The notes beneath the pieces are model-generated. The model saw only the letters and a program-made list of their open reading frames with translations. It had not been told where the DNA came from and ran no database searches. The position numbers were made by a program, and so were the translations under genes. Below, in pieces: positions 26,170-41,245 of a stretch of 64,000 nt of DNA (positions are counted from its first letter, which is position 1; each line of letters opens with the position of its first letter). Origin of the DNA: Octopus vulgaris. Lineage: Eukaryota. Location of the stretch: the NCBI GenBank assembly GCA_951406725.2, contig OX597819.1, forward strand, positions 101,742,001-101,806,000, given 5' to 3'.

Positions 26170-26672
26170 GATGGTCGATTGTCATTTAGGTTTATGAAAG
26201 ATATTTATATACTTACATATCGTGAGCTTGCATGTAGACTCACAAACACACACACATGCACACATATTCATATATAACACAGACACATACGAGCTTGCCT
26301 AATATGTATTGCCTGCACAATTACATGCGCTTATATGCGTGTGTTAGATTCTATGGTGAGGCTATATCTAATGCAATGAAGTTTGATCGGATATTGAAAA
26401 AATCAATTTCCGATATTGCACAATAGATGGTAATATTTTGATTACTAACCAAAATGATAATATACATCAGTGTGTGTGTGTGGGGGGTATATATGTGTGT
26501 TTGGTGATGGTGGTGGTGTTAGTGATTATATGAAATTCTAAATGTGCGTAAGTGAGAGGTTGGGGTGTGTCAGCATTTCAAGTGTTATCGTCGGATTTAT
26601 TTCCATACTTGAAATGTTTACTTCCTATGACTGTCTATTTATATTTACGCTTGTTTATATGTTTATACACAT

Positions 26673-26761
<89 letters not shown>

Positions 26762-26904
26762 AACACACACACACACAAAAGCCACATACACACACGAGTG
26801 CACATAAATATGTGTGCAAATATATATAAGATATCCATGTGCGTGTATATATATATATATATATATAATAAATATATATATACATATAAATATGAATGTA
26901 TAAA

Positions 26905-26939
<35 letters not shown>

Positions 26940-27081
26940 GTACATATAACTGTATAATGCGTGCTGTTCGCGGTTCTATGTTTGAGATTGTGTATATATT
27001 TATGAGTTTAAAGGTATCCACCTCTATGAAACTATCTATATAATTGATATTCCAAATATGCCTCTATAAATATCAATATCA

Positions 27082-27184
<103 letters not shown>

Positions 27185-27432
27185 TATTCAAATATGAAAT
27201 AGAAGTAACGCTAGTGTAATAAACAGTATGAAACCACATTTACTTAACGAATACACGAAGCATATACGTTAAGGACATGTGTTTGATAATGTTTATAAAC
27301 ATACACGTATATGCACATATGTATATCCACACATGCACACATACATACTTACATACATATATATGTGTGTGTTTATACTGATCATAGATTTCCATGTGTG
27401 TGCGTGTATGTGTTTGAGAGAAAAAGAGAGAG

Positions 27433-27511
<79 letters not shown>

Positions 27512-28204
27512 TGTGAGTTCTGTTTGGCAAATGAAACAAATATTTATGTTTTGCAGAGAATGTATGGAAAAATAATAAAGAAAAGGGAAAAAAACGGTCG
27601 GAAGTAACATAGTTTAAAGACTCTCCAAAGAACTAAAGAGTAATAAATTATAGCAGTCTTAATAATATATGTTTCTATATTCATACTTAAATGTCACACA
27701 TCTGACACACGTAAAATCACACGCATACGGTGCACGTACACACACATACAAATACACGAATAAAATATACATATATTAACATACATATTTACTTGCCAAT
27801 ATCTATAGAAATTACCCACGCCCGTATACATATACCCGGGCGAACGCAGCATCTCACATGTACGTACATACATGCAATTTTTCGTATGTGCGCATATTAT
27901 ATATGAAGCCACACTGTATATATGTATATATACATACAGACCAACAAACACGTGATATCCTTCCTCTGTTTGCTTGTTTCTTTCTTTCTTTCTCCATTAA
28001 TATGGTGTTTTTCTCTCATACAGCTAAGTACTCTGGTTATATACATACACACACACATATATGTGTGTGTGTATGTGTGTATATATATACATATACATAT
28101 ATACACACACACACACAAATCACACACATGCACAATAAAAGAATGAAAGAATAAAAGAATATATGTGTGGATGTGTGTGTGTTGTGTGTATGCTTGTATA
28201 TATA

Positions 28205-28449
28205 TGGTTAGAACGCCAAGCTTACGATTGTGAGGTTGTGAGCTCGAATCTCGGACCGGGCTGCGTGTTGTGTTCTTGAGCAAGCTGCATCGGTCTTTGC
28301 CTTTCCCTTGGATAACACTGGTGACATGGAGAGGTAAGGCCGGTATGCATAGGCGACTGGTGGTCTTCCATAAACAAACTTGTCCGGATTTGTGCCTGGG
28401 AGGGTAACTTTCTAGGTGCAGTCCCATTGTCAGTCATGATCGAAAGGTA

Positions 28450-28450
<1 letters not shown>
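28205..28450 (+). mobile_element. tRNA-derived SINE, family C
   Basis: tRNA-like head GGTTAGAACG...GAGCTCGAATCTC followed by GTGTTGTGTTCTTGAGCAAG; a related head lies at ~33200-33300. Confidence 0.6.
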
Positions 28451-28486
<36 letters not shown>

Positions 28487-28492
<6 letters not shown>

Positions 28493-29696
28493 CGAGGAAT
28501 AATTCACGACCACTTCTTTCAAATTTATTTTAAACAAAATCTACAACAGATTGTTTTACGACTTCCTCCCATCGTTCAAGAAGTTTTTCGATGCCTCGGC
28601 GATAGAAATCTCCCAATCTTGACTCAAAGAATGTCTCCAACCAAGCCCTCAATTCCACGTCATTATTGAGTGCAAAGCGTTCGAAAACGGTCGAAAGCGA
28701 TGAAAATCTGACGGTGCCAAGTCAGGTGAGTATGGAGGATGAGGTAGCACTTTCCACTCCAGTTCTGGAATCGTGGTTTTGATTATATCGGCTATGTGAG
28801 GAAGCACGTTACGCCATTTCGCCTATTCGGTCTTTTTTGCTGAATTGCATCGTTGAGTCGAGCTCTGCATTGTGTATTTGGTTTTGCTCAAGCAGTTCGT
28901 AATGAGCTTTGCCTTCCCGGTTCCACAATAGACACAACATGTTCTTGTTTTGCTCGCGGAGTCGCCTGTTTGTCGGGGCTAAGTTATTCTTTTCGCTGCT
29001 TCACATTGACGTAAGGTATTATCTTTCGTCGCTACTGACAATGCAGTAAAATAAACGTTGTTAGCGACCATGTATTGAGTGATGTCGAGCAAGCAAAGTA
29101 GCGGCCATTTTTAGAGCGTTCATTTTTGTTGTTTTTGCTCAAAGTGTGTGGAACCCAATCACCAAGTTTTTGAACCTTGCCCGTTGAGTGAAGGTGGTCC
29201 ACCACACATTTTTTTTTTATCACAATCGATCTTCTGCGTCAAATCTCTGATCGTCTGACGTGGATTTTCGTGTAGAAATTTATCCACTCGCTTTTCATCG
29301 AACTATATTGGTTCACTGGTGTGTGATCCGCCCTTGATATCAAAATTCCCGTTCTTGAAGTGCGATAACCAATGGTGGGCGGTACTTTGAGGCATTTCTC
29401 TTTCTTCATACACAGCACAAACCACACGAACAACTTCGGTAGCCTTAACACCTCGATTGAATACAAAAAGCATATGATGTCGCAAATGCTGTTTTTGTCC
29501 ACTTGACATTCTATTTTCATGATCGGAAAACACACAAAAATCAATAAAATCAAAAAAATCAAAACACTTCATCATGTAGAGCAAAGAAAAAGAGCTCTTT
29601 TAAATAATAGAAAGCATTTTGCTAAATCACTTTACTTCTGCGTTCATTTTTAGATTTGAAAAAAAAAATGGTCATGAATTATTCCTCAACCCAATA
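28487..29696 (-). mobile_element. Mariner transposon, near full length, transposase pseudogene
   Basis: TIRs GAGGAATAATTCAxGACCA at both ends, in TA context; remnants QHLRHHMLFVFNRG, WVPHTLS, HPPYSPDLAPSDF with frameshifts and stops. Confidence 0.9.
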
Positions 29697-29973
29697 TATA
29701 GGTTTTCGGTAGGGTGTCAAGAGTATTTTCAAAGAAACACTCAACTCGAGTTCTGGGCTATCATCACTGTCGGATTCCAGACTAGTACAAAAATTCTTCT
29801 CATGTAAAACAATCCTGGTTTCACGACAGCTGAACTGTTGTGTGGGTTACATGTATGCATATATATGTATATGTGTGTGTGTGTGTGTGTGTTTATGTAT
29901 ATTAAAAAAATGGAGGACGAGAATTTCGATTATCCCCATATGGTAAGTTGTAATGCAAAATATATATATATAA

Positions 29974-30314
29974 AATAAAAGAAGGAAAATACATACAGTG
30001 TACATAGTTTTAATATATTCTTTAATGTATTTTATAAGTGAAAAGGTGTTGTGTTTGTCGACCGGTTTCGCTTTCGCTAATCATAACATTGAAATTATTG
30101 TAATTTCGTATTTTCTTAAGAAAATTTTAGTCCAAGTTCTGTATGGGAGTTTGTGAATGAAATGAATCAGCAGGTAGAAAAATCTAAGGGGAAATAATTG
30201 GTGATCGTTATTATTAGCGAAAGCGAAATTGTACGACAAGCAAATCTCACACTTGTAATGTATATTTAAGAAATATTAAAATTATGTAAACTATGTGGAT
30301 TTTCCTTCTCTTAT
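29974..30314. repeat. Old inverted repeat pair, each arm with a decayed hammerhead-like motif (family H3)
   Basis: 29974-30088 is a diverged reverse complement of 30206-30314; minus arm reads UGUU-AUGAUUA-GC(GAAA)GC-GAAACCGGUC-GACA. Confidence 0.6.
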
Positions 30315-30338
30315 GATGTGATATGATATGATATGATA

Positions 30339-30409
<71 letters not shown>

Positions 30410-31136
30410 ACGTAAAGGCTATTTGCCAAGATAATGTGACAGTCCCGGAGAGACATTCAGCAACAGTTCTTTAAAGTAAAGGCTATTTGCCAACATAATG
30501 TGGATCACCTGGAAGGGACGATGTTACTGTTGCTTTAGATCAGTGACTGTATGTCACTTTGAAAACTATATATTCGAACGGTGAATTCAGCAATGCTATC
30601 TGGCCAGGCAGATAGCTTGTGTTGATAAAGGGCAATAACCCAAAAACTAGTACACAGATACTGTGTCGTATAGCCAACAAGAAACCCATGACTTATTCTT
30701 TGTAAACCTAGTGCTTATTCTGTTGGTATATTTTGCCGAACCGCTATGTCACGTTGATATAAACACAATATCATCGGTTGTCAAGCGATGGTAGGGGACA
30801 AACACCAACAAAAAAAAAACACATATAAGTGTATACATACAAAAATAGATTAACATAGATAGCTAGATAGATAGACAAACAGACAGGCATACGACGGGCT
30901 TCGTTCAGTTTCCTTCCTGCAAATTCACTCACAAATATTTTGTCTGCACGGGGCTATAGTAGAAGGCATATAACAACGCAGTGGGACTGAATCCGGTCCA
31001 GGCCATCTCTAACTTAATAACTACATGATTATCTAAATCCTGATTAAGTCGAGTTTTGTGTATGGTCCACTCAAGTAGTGAGTTCTTGTTGAGTGAGTTG
31101 TATCCCGGTATGGGTGGTTTAACCGGTACTCCTTAT

Positions 31137-31169
<33 letters not shown>

Positions 31170-31908
31170 TGTGTGACTGCATTTAAGCATATATATTAAT
31201 ACTGATTATATATTTTAATACATATATATTTATAAATGTATGTGTACCACTTCTTTATTCGCCAATAAATGGATGTATATCTGTATGTCTGTGTATCTAT
31301 GTGTGTATGTATAAATATACATATTCAATTTCACTTTTACTAAATTCCACCACGGCCTTGGGCCATGATTGGGTATCGTCATTGACAATTGTTTCTAAAC
31401 AATGTACCAGGCTAGTAATAATGGATGAAGGGAGTTAATAGATACCATCTGCCCCGCATTTAGCTGATACTTTATTACGTCGACCTTGAAGGCAGTAAAA
31501 GTCTTAACTAACCTGGATGGGATAAGACCTCAGAACTTATAGTGCCGGAACAAGTACTGTACCGTATTATTTTTCCCATCGAAATAACAATTTTACCAGC
31601 TGAATAAGGTTTCGAATCAGGTAGTGATCTTGAAATTTCAAAAAGTCTCCAATCTTAGAGAGAGGAAGTTATTATCAAGCCAGAAACATTGTCCGAGTGC
31701 TAGCAACGTAGGGAACTTCACTAAATGTACCCAAGTTCATAGTTGATGGTGTCAACCTAAGCATGTGTGTGTGTGTGGGGTCTGCATGAGTAGTTAGGTT
31801 AATTGATAGGTAAATAGATATAGAAATATGGATATAAATAACTACATAAATTGATGGATAGATACGTATTCTCAATAAATACTCCTTTCTCTCTGTGTCT
31901 GTCTGTCA

Positions 31909-31951
<43 letters not shown>

Positions 31952-32026
31952 CTTATATGTATATATATATATATATACTTAAACACACACACTCACACAT
32001 ACACACATACGCACACACACGCACAA

Positions 32027-32110
<84 letters not shown>

Positions 32111-32267
32111 GTATATATGGGTGGACTCCTCGTCATTTTACAACCAAAAGGCAGAAATATATACGTCACTAAAGTCACTGAGAGCACCAATCAGCATTAA
32201 TATTGCTAAAAATAAGAGTTAAAACAACTCATAGCCACATAAGCACTTATTTTAATGACTAACAATG

Positions 32268-32483
32268 GAGGCAACCTCCTTCATCGCCCAGGCATAGCAA
32301 TATCACTGTGTTTTCACATTAATATTAATGCTCGTCATTGTCTCTCACCTAGCCCCTTGAGTTAAACTCAACTCGCCTTGGTAAGAGTCGGTTATAAGTT
32401 ATAAGTGAGAGTCACTGACGAGCATTAATATAAATGCGAAATCACAGTGTTCTGGCTAAACCTAGGCGTTGAGGGAAACCCCC
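32268..32483. repeat. Imperfect inverted repeat, each arm with a hammerhead-like motif (family H4)
   Basis: Arms 32268-32348 and 32405-32483 are diverged reverse complements. Confidence 0.75.
32410..32457 (+). ncRNA. Minimal type I hammerhead ribozyme candidate
   Basis: AGUCA-CUGACGA-GCAUU(AAUAUA)AAUGC-GAAA-UCACAGUG-UUC-UGGCU: canonical core, 5-bp stem II, 5-bp stem I, near-palindromic stem III. Confidence 0.7.
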
Positions 32484-33199
32484 TGTAAGTCTGTTGCTTA
32501 CTCTATCTGTCTCGACTGCCGAACTGCTAAGTTACGGGGACGCAAACACACCAATATCGGTTGTCAAGCGCTGGTGGTGGTGGTGGTGGGACATGCACAT
32601 ACACACACGCACACATACGACAGGTTTCTTTCAGTTTCCATCTACCAAATCCACTCACATGGCTTTGGTCTACCCGAGGCTATAGTAGAAAACACTCTAT
32701 AAATTATAGAGTTGAATTTCGTGTAGCCACCTGTTGGCAAATTTTCTTCCACACCCATTTTTGTAGGTAGTGTTAGCCACTTTTCTGGGCTCTCTTTACA
32801 AATATACACCGTCCAAAATTTGCCTTTGTTTTTGTATGAAAAAAAAAAAACAGGAAAGGAGGGGTCTTGTTTGTAGTTTGTAGAGAAAACGTTATACGTG
32901 CCTGAATAAAGAAACATGGTCTTTCTCCCCAACTAAAAGATATGAAGAACTATCAAACAAGTACCGGGGGTGGGGAAAAGAAGAAAGAACAAACACACGA
33001 TCCTTGTAGAACTCCCAGAATGAAAACCTAAATACCTGAAAAACTTCCCCTCTATTCATTACTAAATCTCTTTCCATCTTCTTCATTAAAAGTAAAGAAG
33101 CTAGACAAGATCGATCGTATTTCTGTTTGTCATTTTGACTGAGGCTTTCCTTTCCCTGTATCTATCGCTTCATTCCATTTCACTACAGTTAAGAGAGTG

Positions 33200-33525
33200 A
33201 AGGTGTATGGTTCGGTGGTTAGGAGTATTCGACCCACGATCGGATGGTAATAAGTACGATTCCTGGCAGCGTGCTGTGTTCTTGAGCAAAGTACTCTGCT
33301 TCACCTTACTGCAGTCCAATCAGCTGGCAAAAATAGGTTGTAGCTATAATTGAAAGGGGCTAGCCTTGTCACATTCTGTATGAGGCTGAATCTACCTGAG
33401 AACTACGTTACTGATATGCATGTCCCTGTAGTGCCCAGTCACTTGCGCATTAATTTTACGAGCAGACTGTTCCATTGATCACATAAACAGGAACCTCGTC
33501 GTCGTAACCGATGGAGTGCTATTCT
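33200..33525 (+). mobile_element. tRNA-derived SINE (family C-like head, different tail)
   Basis: TGGTTCGGTGGTTAGGAGT...AGTACGATTCC...GTGCTGTGTTCTTGAGCAA. Confidence 0.55.
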
Positions 33526-33539
33526 TTAAAAAGAGTTAA

Positions 33540-33804
33540 TTAAGAGATGTTCCATATCGTAAGGCAAAATGAACCCGACCACTCTCAAAAATTAAGTAAA
33601 AAAAAACAGAAAAATTAATCCAGAATCCTTGTCCGGTACCGGATCGATCCCAAAATCTAATCAGTTCGTCCCAGTCATGGGGTCAAACATCTCTGAAAGT
33701 ATTATCCGATTCCATCTAGCGGTTCATGAGATATCTTGTTCACGGACAAACAAATAAACGCGACTGAAAACAATAGCTCCGCCTTCGCTGCGGCGGAGGT
33801 AATA
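33540..33804 (+). mobile_element. DINE-1/Helentron-like non-autonomous element
   Basis: Terminal GC hairpin CTCCGCC-TTCGCTGC-GGCGGAG-GTAA preceded by GAGATATCTTGTTCACGGACAAACAAA. Confidence 0.55.
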
Positions 33805-34284
33805 AGGGCAACTACTGAGTAACACCACATGCTAGAAGAAGACACCAACTGGCTCTAAAACTACCTTATTTATAACGTAGACACGGACTGAAAGCGAGGG
33901 AATAACCAAACTATTTTTAAAAGGTTTAACCATAGATTGATTTCTGGTTAGGGATGTGTAATCTTTACAAACCTCAATATGACATAATGTGTGTGTGTAC
34001 AAAGAAAGTGAGAGAGGAGGGAAGAGAGAAAGAGCGGGTATGCTTAAGTGAGTATATATGGTAAAAGAGCTTTAAACATTACATATTTATATCTCATGTG
34101 GAATGAGTGGTTGCTAAACATGGTGAGTAGATCATATATATATAATTTCTGTTCTTCAAAACACTCATTTGTATACATATACCCATCTACACACACATAC
34201 ACACACACACCCACACACGCGCACACGCACATACGTATGTATATATCTATATATATAGAGAGAAAGAAAGTGAGAGAGAGAGGA

Positions 34285-34315
<31 letters not shown>

Positions 34316-34812
34316 TATAAATCAATGCATGTACACACGCATATAACATATATGTATATAAACCACCTCGTTTCTATATATCTGTTCAATATTTTCTAGT
34401 ATATTTAACATTTTTCTCGTGGAAAGGAAATAGAATTTGTTACGTACTTCCTGTAAGTTGGCAGTCAAAAACAATTATAAATAAAATATTCGTGGAATGA
34501 ACACATGCGATATGCTTTTTCACACACACACACACACCCACCCACCCACCTACAGACAGATAAATACACACGCACGCACACATACACATCCAGAGATAGA
34601 CAGACAGGGAACCACATATACATACATGAATATATAGATAGGCAGATTCACATCTCAGGCACCCTCATAGGTATTCGTGTGAATGTTTTGTGGTGTGTGT
34701 GTGTATGTGTGTGAGTCTATAAAGAAAAGTATTTCTTTTGAACATGCATTAAAATCATGATTGTGATTTATGTTTCAAGAATTATATATGTGTGTGTGAC
34801 CGTGTGCGTATA

Positions 34813-34862
<50 letters not shown>

Positions 34863-34964
34863 TGCACGCACACATAGATAATTGCATGTATCTGTATTTA
34901 TCTATTTAGCTATCTACTATATATCTATCTATCTACGATAAACTTACTTGGAAATGGATGTCTA

Positions 34965-35630
34965 CATGAGGTCACATATATGTGTACATGACGTTACAAA
35001 ACGTAAACAACATGAAATATGAAGGCAAATTTGGGTATTCGAACAATGAGTGAAAGAAATGGAAAACAAGACAAGTAACATAAAGAACGACCCTTCATCA
35101 GTTGTCGGCTGTTCATCTACTCCACATTTAGAGCAATTAACGACAATATGAGGCTCCCGCGAACTAAAATAAAATTTGGGATTTGCGGAGGGTCAAAGTT
35201 GGTAACGAAAACAGGACAGTGGATACATACAACAAACCAAACGAAAAGAAACATGGAGAGCTTTTAGGCTAGACGAGGTAAAGTAGCGAACACTGGAGGA
35301 ATATTCTTTGACAAGAGAAAAGATACAGGAAGAGACAGTTAAGAATGCGTCTGGTCTATGCGACAGACTGAAGGTAAAGAAAGATGACGATGGTCACGTG
35401 TGAGCAACGAGAGAGTAAAGGCGGAAGAGGGAGAGAGACATGGAGAAAACGGTAAAGGGGAGAAAAGAGAATTAGAAAAAGGTAGAGAGAGAAAACGAAA
35501 GAGGGAGAGAGAGAACAGTACAGGGTAGAGTCGTATGGATGCAGATGAGACAAACTTCGCTTGGTTGCAAATGGAGCAAACTCCATACAAGAAAAGATGA
35601 CAATACCAAAAAAGCTAGAATAGTTCATAT
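34965..35630 (-). mobile_element. Interspersed non-coding repeat related to 5392-6108
   Basis: Shared blocks as listed for 5392-6108. Confidence 0.65.
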
Positions 35631-35972
35631 ATATTTTTTCTATTTGTGTGTGTTATTCTCTTGTTTTTAACGTAGCTTAGCCACTGACCAAACGTGGTCA
35701 AAATGACCAACAGTCAAAGGCAATCAATCGTGAGGAACATGTTTTCTTTTTTTAATGCCAAGATTCATGCTATAATTGTTATTCAGTGATTCTCGCCTTA
35801 AGGCTGTTGGATGGGATTTGTGGGACATTTGCTACTGTTTCTAGTAGACTGAATGAAGTGCCAGCATGGAGGGTGCCATGTAGGCTTTCGCTTAAGTAAT
35901 CTTCTAAACTCATGCATTATGACGTCATCGGTAGCCGTTACTGCACCTGGAAGGTGTATGTGTCAATGATCC

Positions 35973-36020
<48 letters not shown>

Positions 36021-36607
36021 ACACAAGCACATTTCCACAGACGTATGTGAACCAACCTACAAATCTATCTATCTTCTGCCAGTTAGTTTGTCTGTCTATC
36101 TATCAATTTACTACTATTTATATTCATGTGTGAGTATGTATATATATATATACATACATATATATGTATGTATATATATTTATATATATATACATATGTA
36201 TACATGATATTTATAAATATATATGTATACTTATATGTACATGTATATGTCTCCCCTCTCTCTCTGTCTATATATATATATATATATAAGATATATATTA
36301 TATATACGTGTCAGGTGCAATAACGTATCCCAGGCAATTTTCCCGTTCACTGGTCACTGTTACGTTACACCACCCGATTTCATATCCTATCCACCCGGCT
36401 TCCACCCCATCAAGGATAAAAAAAAAAGGAAAACAAACTCCACCACCCACCGTTACTACGACTAAAACACATTATTTCCTCTCCCCTACAATTCTACTTA
36501 GTCACTCGAAGATCACTATTGTCTCTCTGTGTCTTCAATTTAATGTCTCTAAATGATCAATGTACCCACGTATGTGTTCGGGTATGTGCGTGTGCACGTG
36601 TGTGTGC

Positions 36608-36665
<58 letters not shown>

Positions 36666-36856
36666 CTGGGAAACTACGATTGTGTATAAATATGTAATTT
36701 TTTTTTTAATTGACAGAACTCTAATCCATTAGTTTATGTATCTGTCTGTATATCCATCAATCTATCCATCACTCCATCCACCCATTCTTCTCTCCTCTCT
36801 CTCTCCCCTTATCTATGTATCTATCTATCTATCTCTCTCTCTCTTCCTATCTCTCC

Positions 36857-37009
36857 CAGGACTTATTCTTTGTAAGCCTAGTACTTATACTATCGTTCCC
36901 TTTTTGCCGAACCGCTAAGTTACAAAGACCTAAACACCAACATCGGTTGTCAAGTGATGGTGGGGGGTGGACAAACACATACACACAAACATACATGCAT
37001 ACATATATA

Positions 37010-37060
<51 letters not shown>

Positions 37061-37190
37061 CGGGCTTCTTTCAATTTCCATCTACCAAAACCACTCACAA
37101 GTCTTTGGTCGGCCCGTGGCTATAGTAGAAGACACTTGCCCAAGGTGCCACGCAGTGGGACTGAACCCGAAACCACGCAGCCGCTGCTGC
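36857..37190 (-). mobile_element. SINE family A copy
   Basis: GAAGACACTTGCCCAAGGTGCCACGCAGTGGGACTGAACC on + strand. Confidence 0.85.
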
Positions 37191-37240
37191 TACATATATA
37201 TATATAGACCTGCTTGGAAATGGATGCGTTGCGTTCAATG

Positions 37241-37297
<57 letters not shown>

Positions 37298-37765
37298 CAT
37301 ATATGTATGTGTGTGTGTAGATAGAACTAAGGACATGCGTATGCGTTTGTATAAACCAATGCAATCACACATATATCACTTTACTGTATATCATCGAGTG
37401 CTCTCTATCTATTACATAATGATATATCGATAGATGCAATGAGAAATACACAATCACACAAACTAACACACACACGCAGAAATACAAACACACACACACA
37501 CACCACATGTATATAAAACGCATTCACACACAGACGTATCATATGATATCGCCATCTTTCTACACCACTCTCTCCCCTTCTCCCCACTTCCATCCTTAAC
37601 TGACAATTGATGTAGAAATTCGAGATTGTTATTTTTTTTTATGTTGAAAAGCTGCGCTTACCATTCCCAAAGGTTGTTAGAAATTTAGGGAGAAATGGCA
37701 ACGCATGCGGTGCTGGGAACATTGCCGAAATACCGCGACTGCTGACTGATATTGAGCAAGTAGTG

Positions 37766-37835
<70 letters not shown>

Positions 37836-38305
37836 CGGTGGTGGTGGTGGTGGTGGTGGTGGTGGTGCTGATGCTGGTGCTGGTGCTGGTGCTGGTGCTG
37901 ATGCTGGTGGTGGCGGTGATGGTGGTGTTTGTGGTTGAGGAGGTAAGAAACCAATCACAGAAAACAAGAAAAAGGAGGTCGGTAAATGGAAGGGAGGTCA
38001 TTAAAAGATCGAATCAAAGAAGGAATGTCAGAAGAACAGAGTCAAGTGTTTATAATATTCTATGGGATCAGGAAGTGAGTATTCGATCTCTGATGATGCT
38101 TCAACAAACACTGAAACCAGTTACGTTGGTTTGTTTGTTTACCGCAAAACACCTTTCTGTGTGACTGCCTGTGTCTGTCTGTGTAACTCTCTCTTTCTCT
38201 CACACACTCTTGTGCATACGGTGGTAGAACGTCTTCCATAATTGCCGGAGATATGGGTTCAAATCTCATGAGCAGCTTCCGACTATTTCTTTATAGACGA
38301 TAAGT

Positions 38306-38309
<4 letters not shown>

Positions 38310-38375
<66 letters not shown>

Positions 38376-38530
38376 ACATGTAGACTTGCATACATACATA
38401 TATACAAACATACATACATACATACATACATACATACATACATACATACATACCTTACATACATATATGCATACATGCATGCCCACACATACACACATAC
38501 ATACAAACGAAGGAGTACTGTTGGAAAACT

Positions 38531-38583
<53 letters not shown>

Positions 38584-38745
38584 ACATGTAGACTTGCATA
38601 CATACATATATACAAACATACATACATACATACATACATACATACATACATACATACATACATACCTTACATACATATATGCATACATGCATGCCCACAC
38701 ATACACACATACATACAGACGAAGGAGTACTGTTTGAAAACCCTT
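38310..38745 (+). repeat. Direct tandem duplication of a ~210-bp microsatellite-rich unit
   Basis: (TA)n-TGTATACATGTAGACTTGC...ACGAAGGAGTACTGTT occurs twice. Confidence 0.85.
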
Positions 38746-38859
38746 ATTGAGTGAAAACCTTAATAAAATGTAAATGAAGACCGGACATAATGATTTGCGT
38801 TAGAGAAGAGAAATTGAGTACATTTGTGGAGATCAGCTGCTCCGTGAAAGTGAACATAA

Positions 38860-39268
38860 AGCAAGTGTCTTCTATTGCAGCTTTGGTTCGACCAAAGATT
38901 TGTGAGTAGATTTCGCAGACAAAAACTGAAAGAAGCCCGTCGTATGTGTGTGCGCGTGTGTGTGTTTGTGTGCTTGTGTCTGTGTCCGTGTTTTCCCTCC
39001 ACCATTACATAACAAGCTATGTTGGTGTGTTTACGTCCCTCCTAACTTAACGGTTCGGCAAAAGAGACCGGTAGAATAAGTTCTAGGCTTACAAATTATA
39101 AGTCCTACAGTCGATTTGTTCGACTAAAGGCGGTGCTCTAGCATGGCCGCAGTCAGATGACAGAAACAAGCTTAAAGAATAGCATTTATCGAGCCGGTAA
39201 CTTACGAGAACGTAACCACAACACCGGTTGTCAAGCGGCGATGGGATTCAAATTAAAACACACACACA

Positions 39269-39309
<41 letters not shown>

Positions 39310-39450
39310 TTATCTTATATCCCGGCCTCATTCTTTAGTTATTGCCGTATATTATTATAATTGAAGACACTTGCCCAAGTTACCAATCAGTGGGACCGAA
39401 CGCAGAACCATGTGGTTGGAAAGCAAGCTTTGTACCACACAGCCACGCGT
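38860..39450. mobile_element. Two tail-to-tail SINE family A copies (38860-39175 +, 39190-39450 -)
   Basis: Family A body and tail on +, family A head on -. Confidence 0.7.
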
Positions 39451-40191
39451 CCAAGCATGTTTATTGCAATATGTAAATATACGCTTTCACACAGTACGCA
39501 GTGTAAGATAGCCGATTAACATCCGGATCAGTTTTATACTTGATAGCAATAGTTCAACAATCCCATAGACAAGCAGCACAGAGACATTGATTGTGTACAC
39601 GAAGGATTGTTTTGTTGTTTGTCCTGCGTTTCATACACCAGATTGATTGCACTGTAGTTCCGGTTGAATTTATATTTGGCAATATATTATACACTCTCGA
39701 ATTTCTAACGATAAAATTAGAGCATCAAGGAGTTCGAAAAAATGTCTGCGAACCAGATGTGAAGGACATTAAGTCTCTGATCTATTCAAAATTTCTTCAC
39801 CGAAGAAATCACACTATGATGGATGGCCAGCATAAGAAGCCCTTCCAGGAGCTTCCGCTCCACTGGCATAGCTGTCAGGGTTATTGAGGCACACAAATCA
39901 CCCCAGCATGGCTCATCATGAACTGATTTTGCTCTGTGTTTGATCGATCAGTCAGCTCATTTGATTGAACGCGAACTAGGTCTACAGAAGACCTATAATT
40001 ACAATAAATCCGTTTGAAGTTGGCTCGGGACTGACTTGATCAAGGGCTACAGTTCGCCCAATAAGACAAGCTGTTGCAAAGCACGTCATTAATATAGTGT
40101 ACCGACTTGCATTCCAGAAATCTCTATTCATATAGAAACTAATCTTTTACGTACATACATACATACATACATACATACATACATACATACA

Positions 40192-40227
<36 letters not shown>

Positions 40228-40339
40228 TATATAGTGTGTGTGTGTGAGAGAGAGAAAGAGAGAGAGAGAGAGAAGTAGGGCAAGAGCGAGAGACAGATAG
40301 ACAGATACAACATATACACACTTTCAAACGAACATATGT

Positions 40340-41245
40340 GTGTGTATATATATATATCACTCGCCTGCACGCGCACACACATGCATGACAAACACCCATA
40401 CACTCACACTCACATACGCACACACCAACATAAACACGCACACGCACACACACACCTACACTCCCACACACATACATACGCACCTACATACACACACGCA
40501 CGCATACACACGCACACACACGCATACACACATACATTACACACGTACACATACACCTACATACACATGCATACACACACACACAAACATGCACGGACAC
40601 ACACAGACATACATACATACACCTATACACACACGCCCACACACCTACATACACACACATACATACACACACATACACGGACACACCCATACATACTTAC
40701 ATACATACACCTATACACACACGCCTACACACCTACATACACACACACATGCATACACACACACACATGTACGCACATACACACACATATACGCACATAC
40801 ATATATACCCACACACATGCACACACACACACATACGCACATGCATGCATGCATGCACACGCGCACACCTACACGCATACATGCATACATGCATACACAC
40901 ACACATACGTACACATACATACACACACATACATACACCCATACACATACATGCATCCTACACACACATACATACACACTCACACATACATACACACACA
41001 CTCACTCACTCACACACCTTTATTTTCTCTCACACACATTCACATACACACACTTCCCCACACACACACTTACATACATACACACTCATACACATACATA
41101 CACACACACACACACACGGACATACATCTATGCACACACATATATACACACATACTTACATACATTCATCGGACACACTGACACCCAGACATACACACAA
41201 ACACACTCACACATCCACACACATACATACTTACACACACACTCA
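40340..41245. repeat. ~900-bp degenerate (CA/TA) microsatellite
   Basis: Cryptically simple CACA/TACA sequence; the long His/Thr ORFs are artefacts. Confidence 0.9.
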
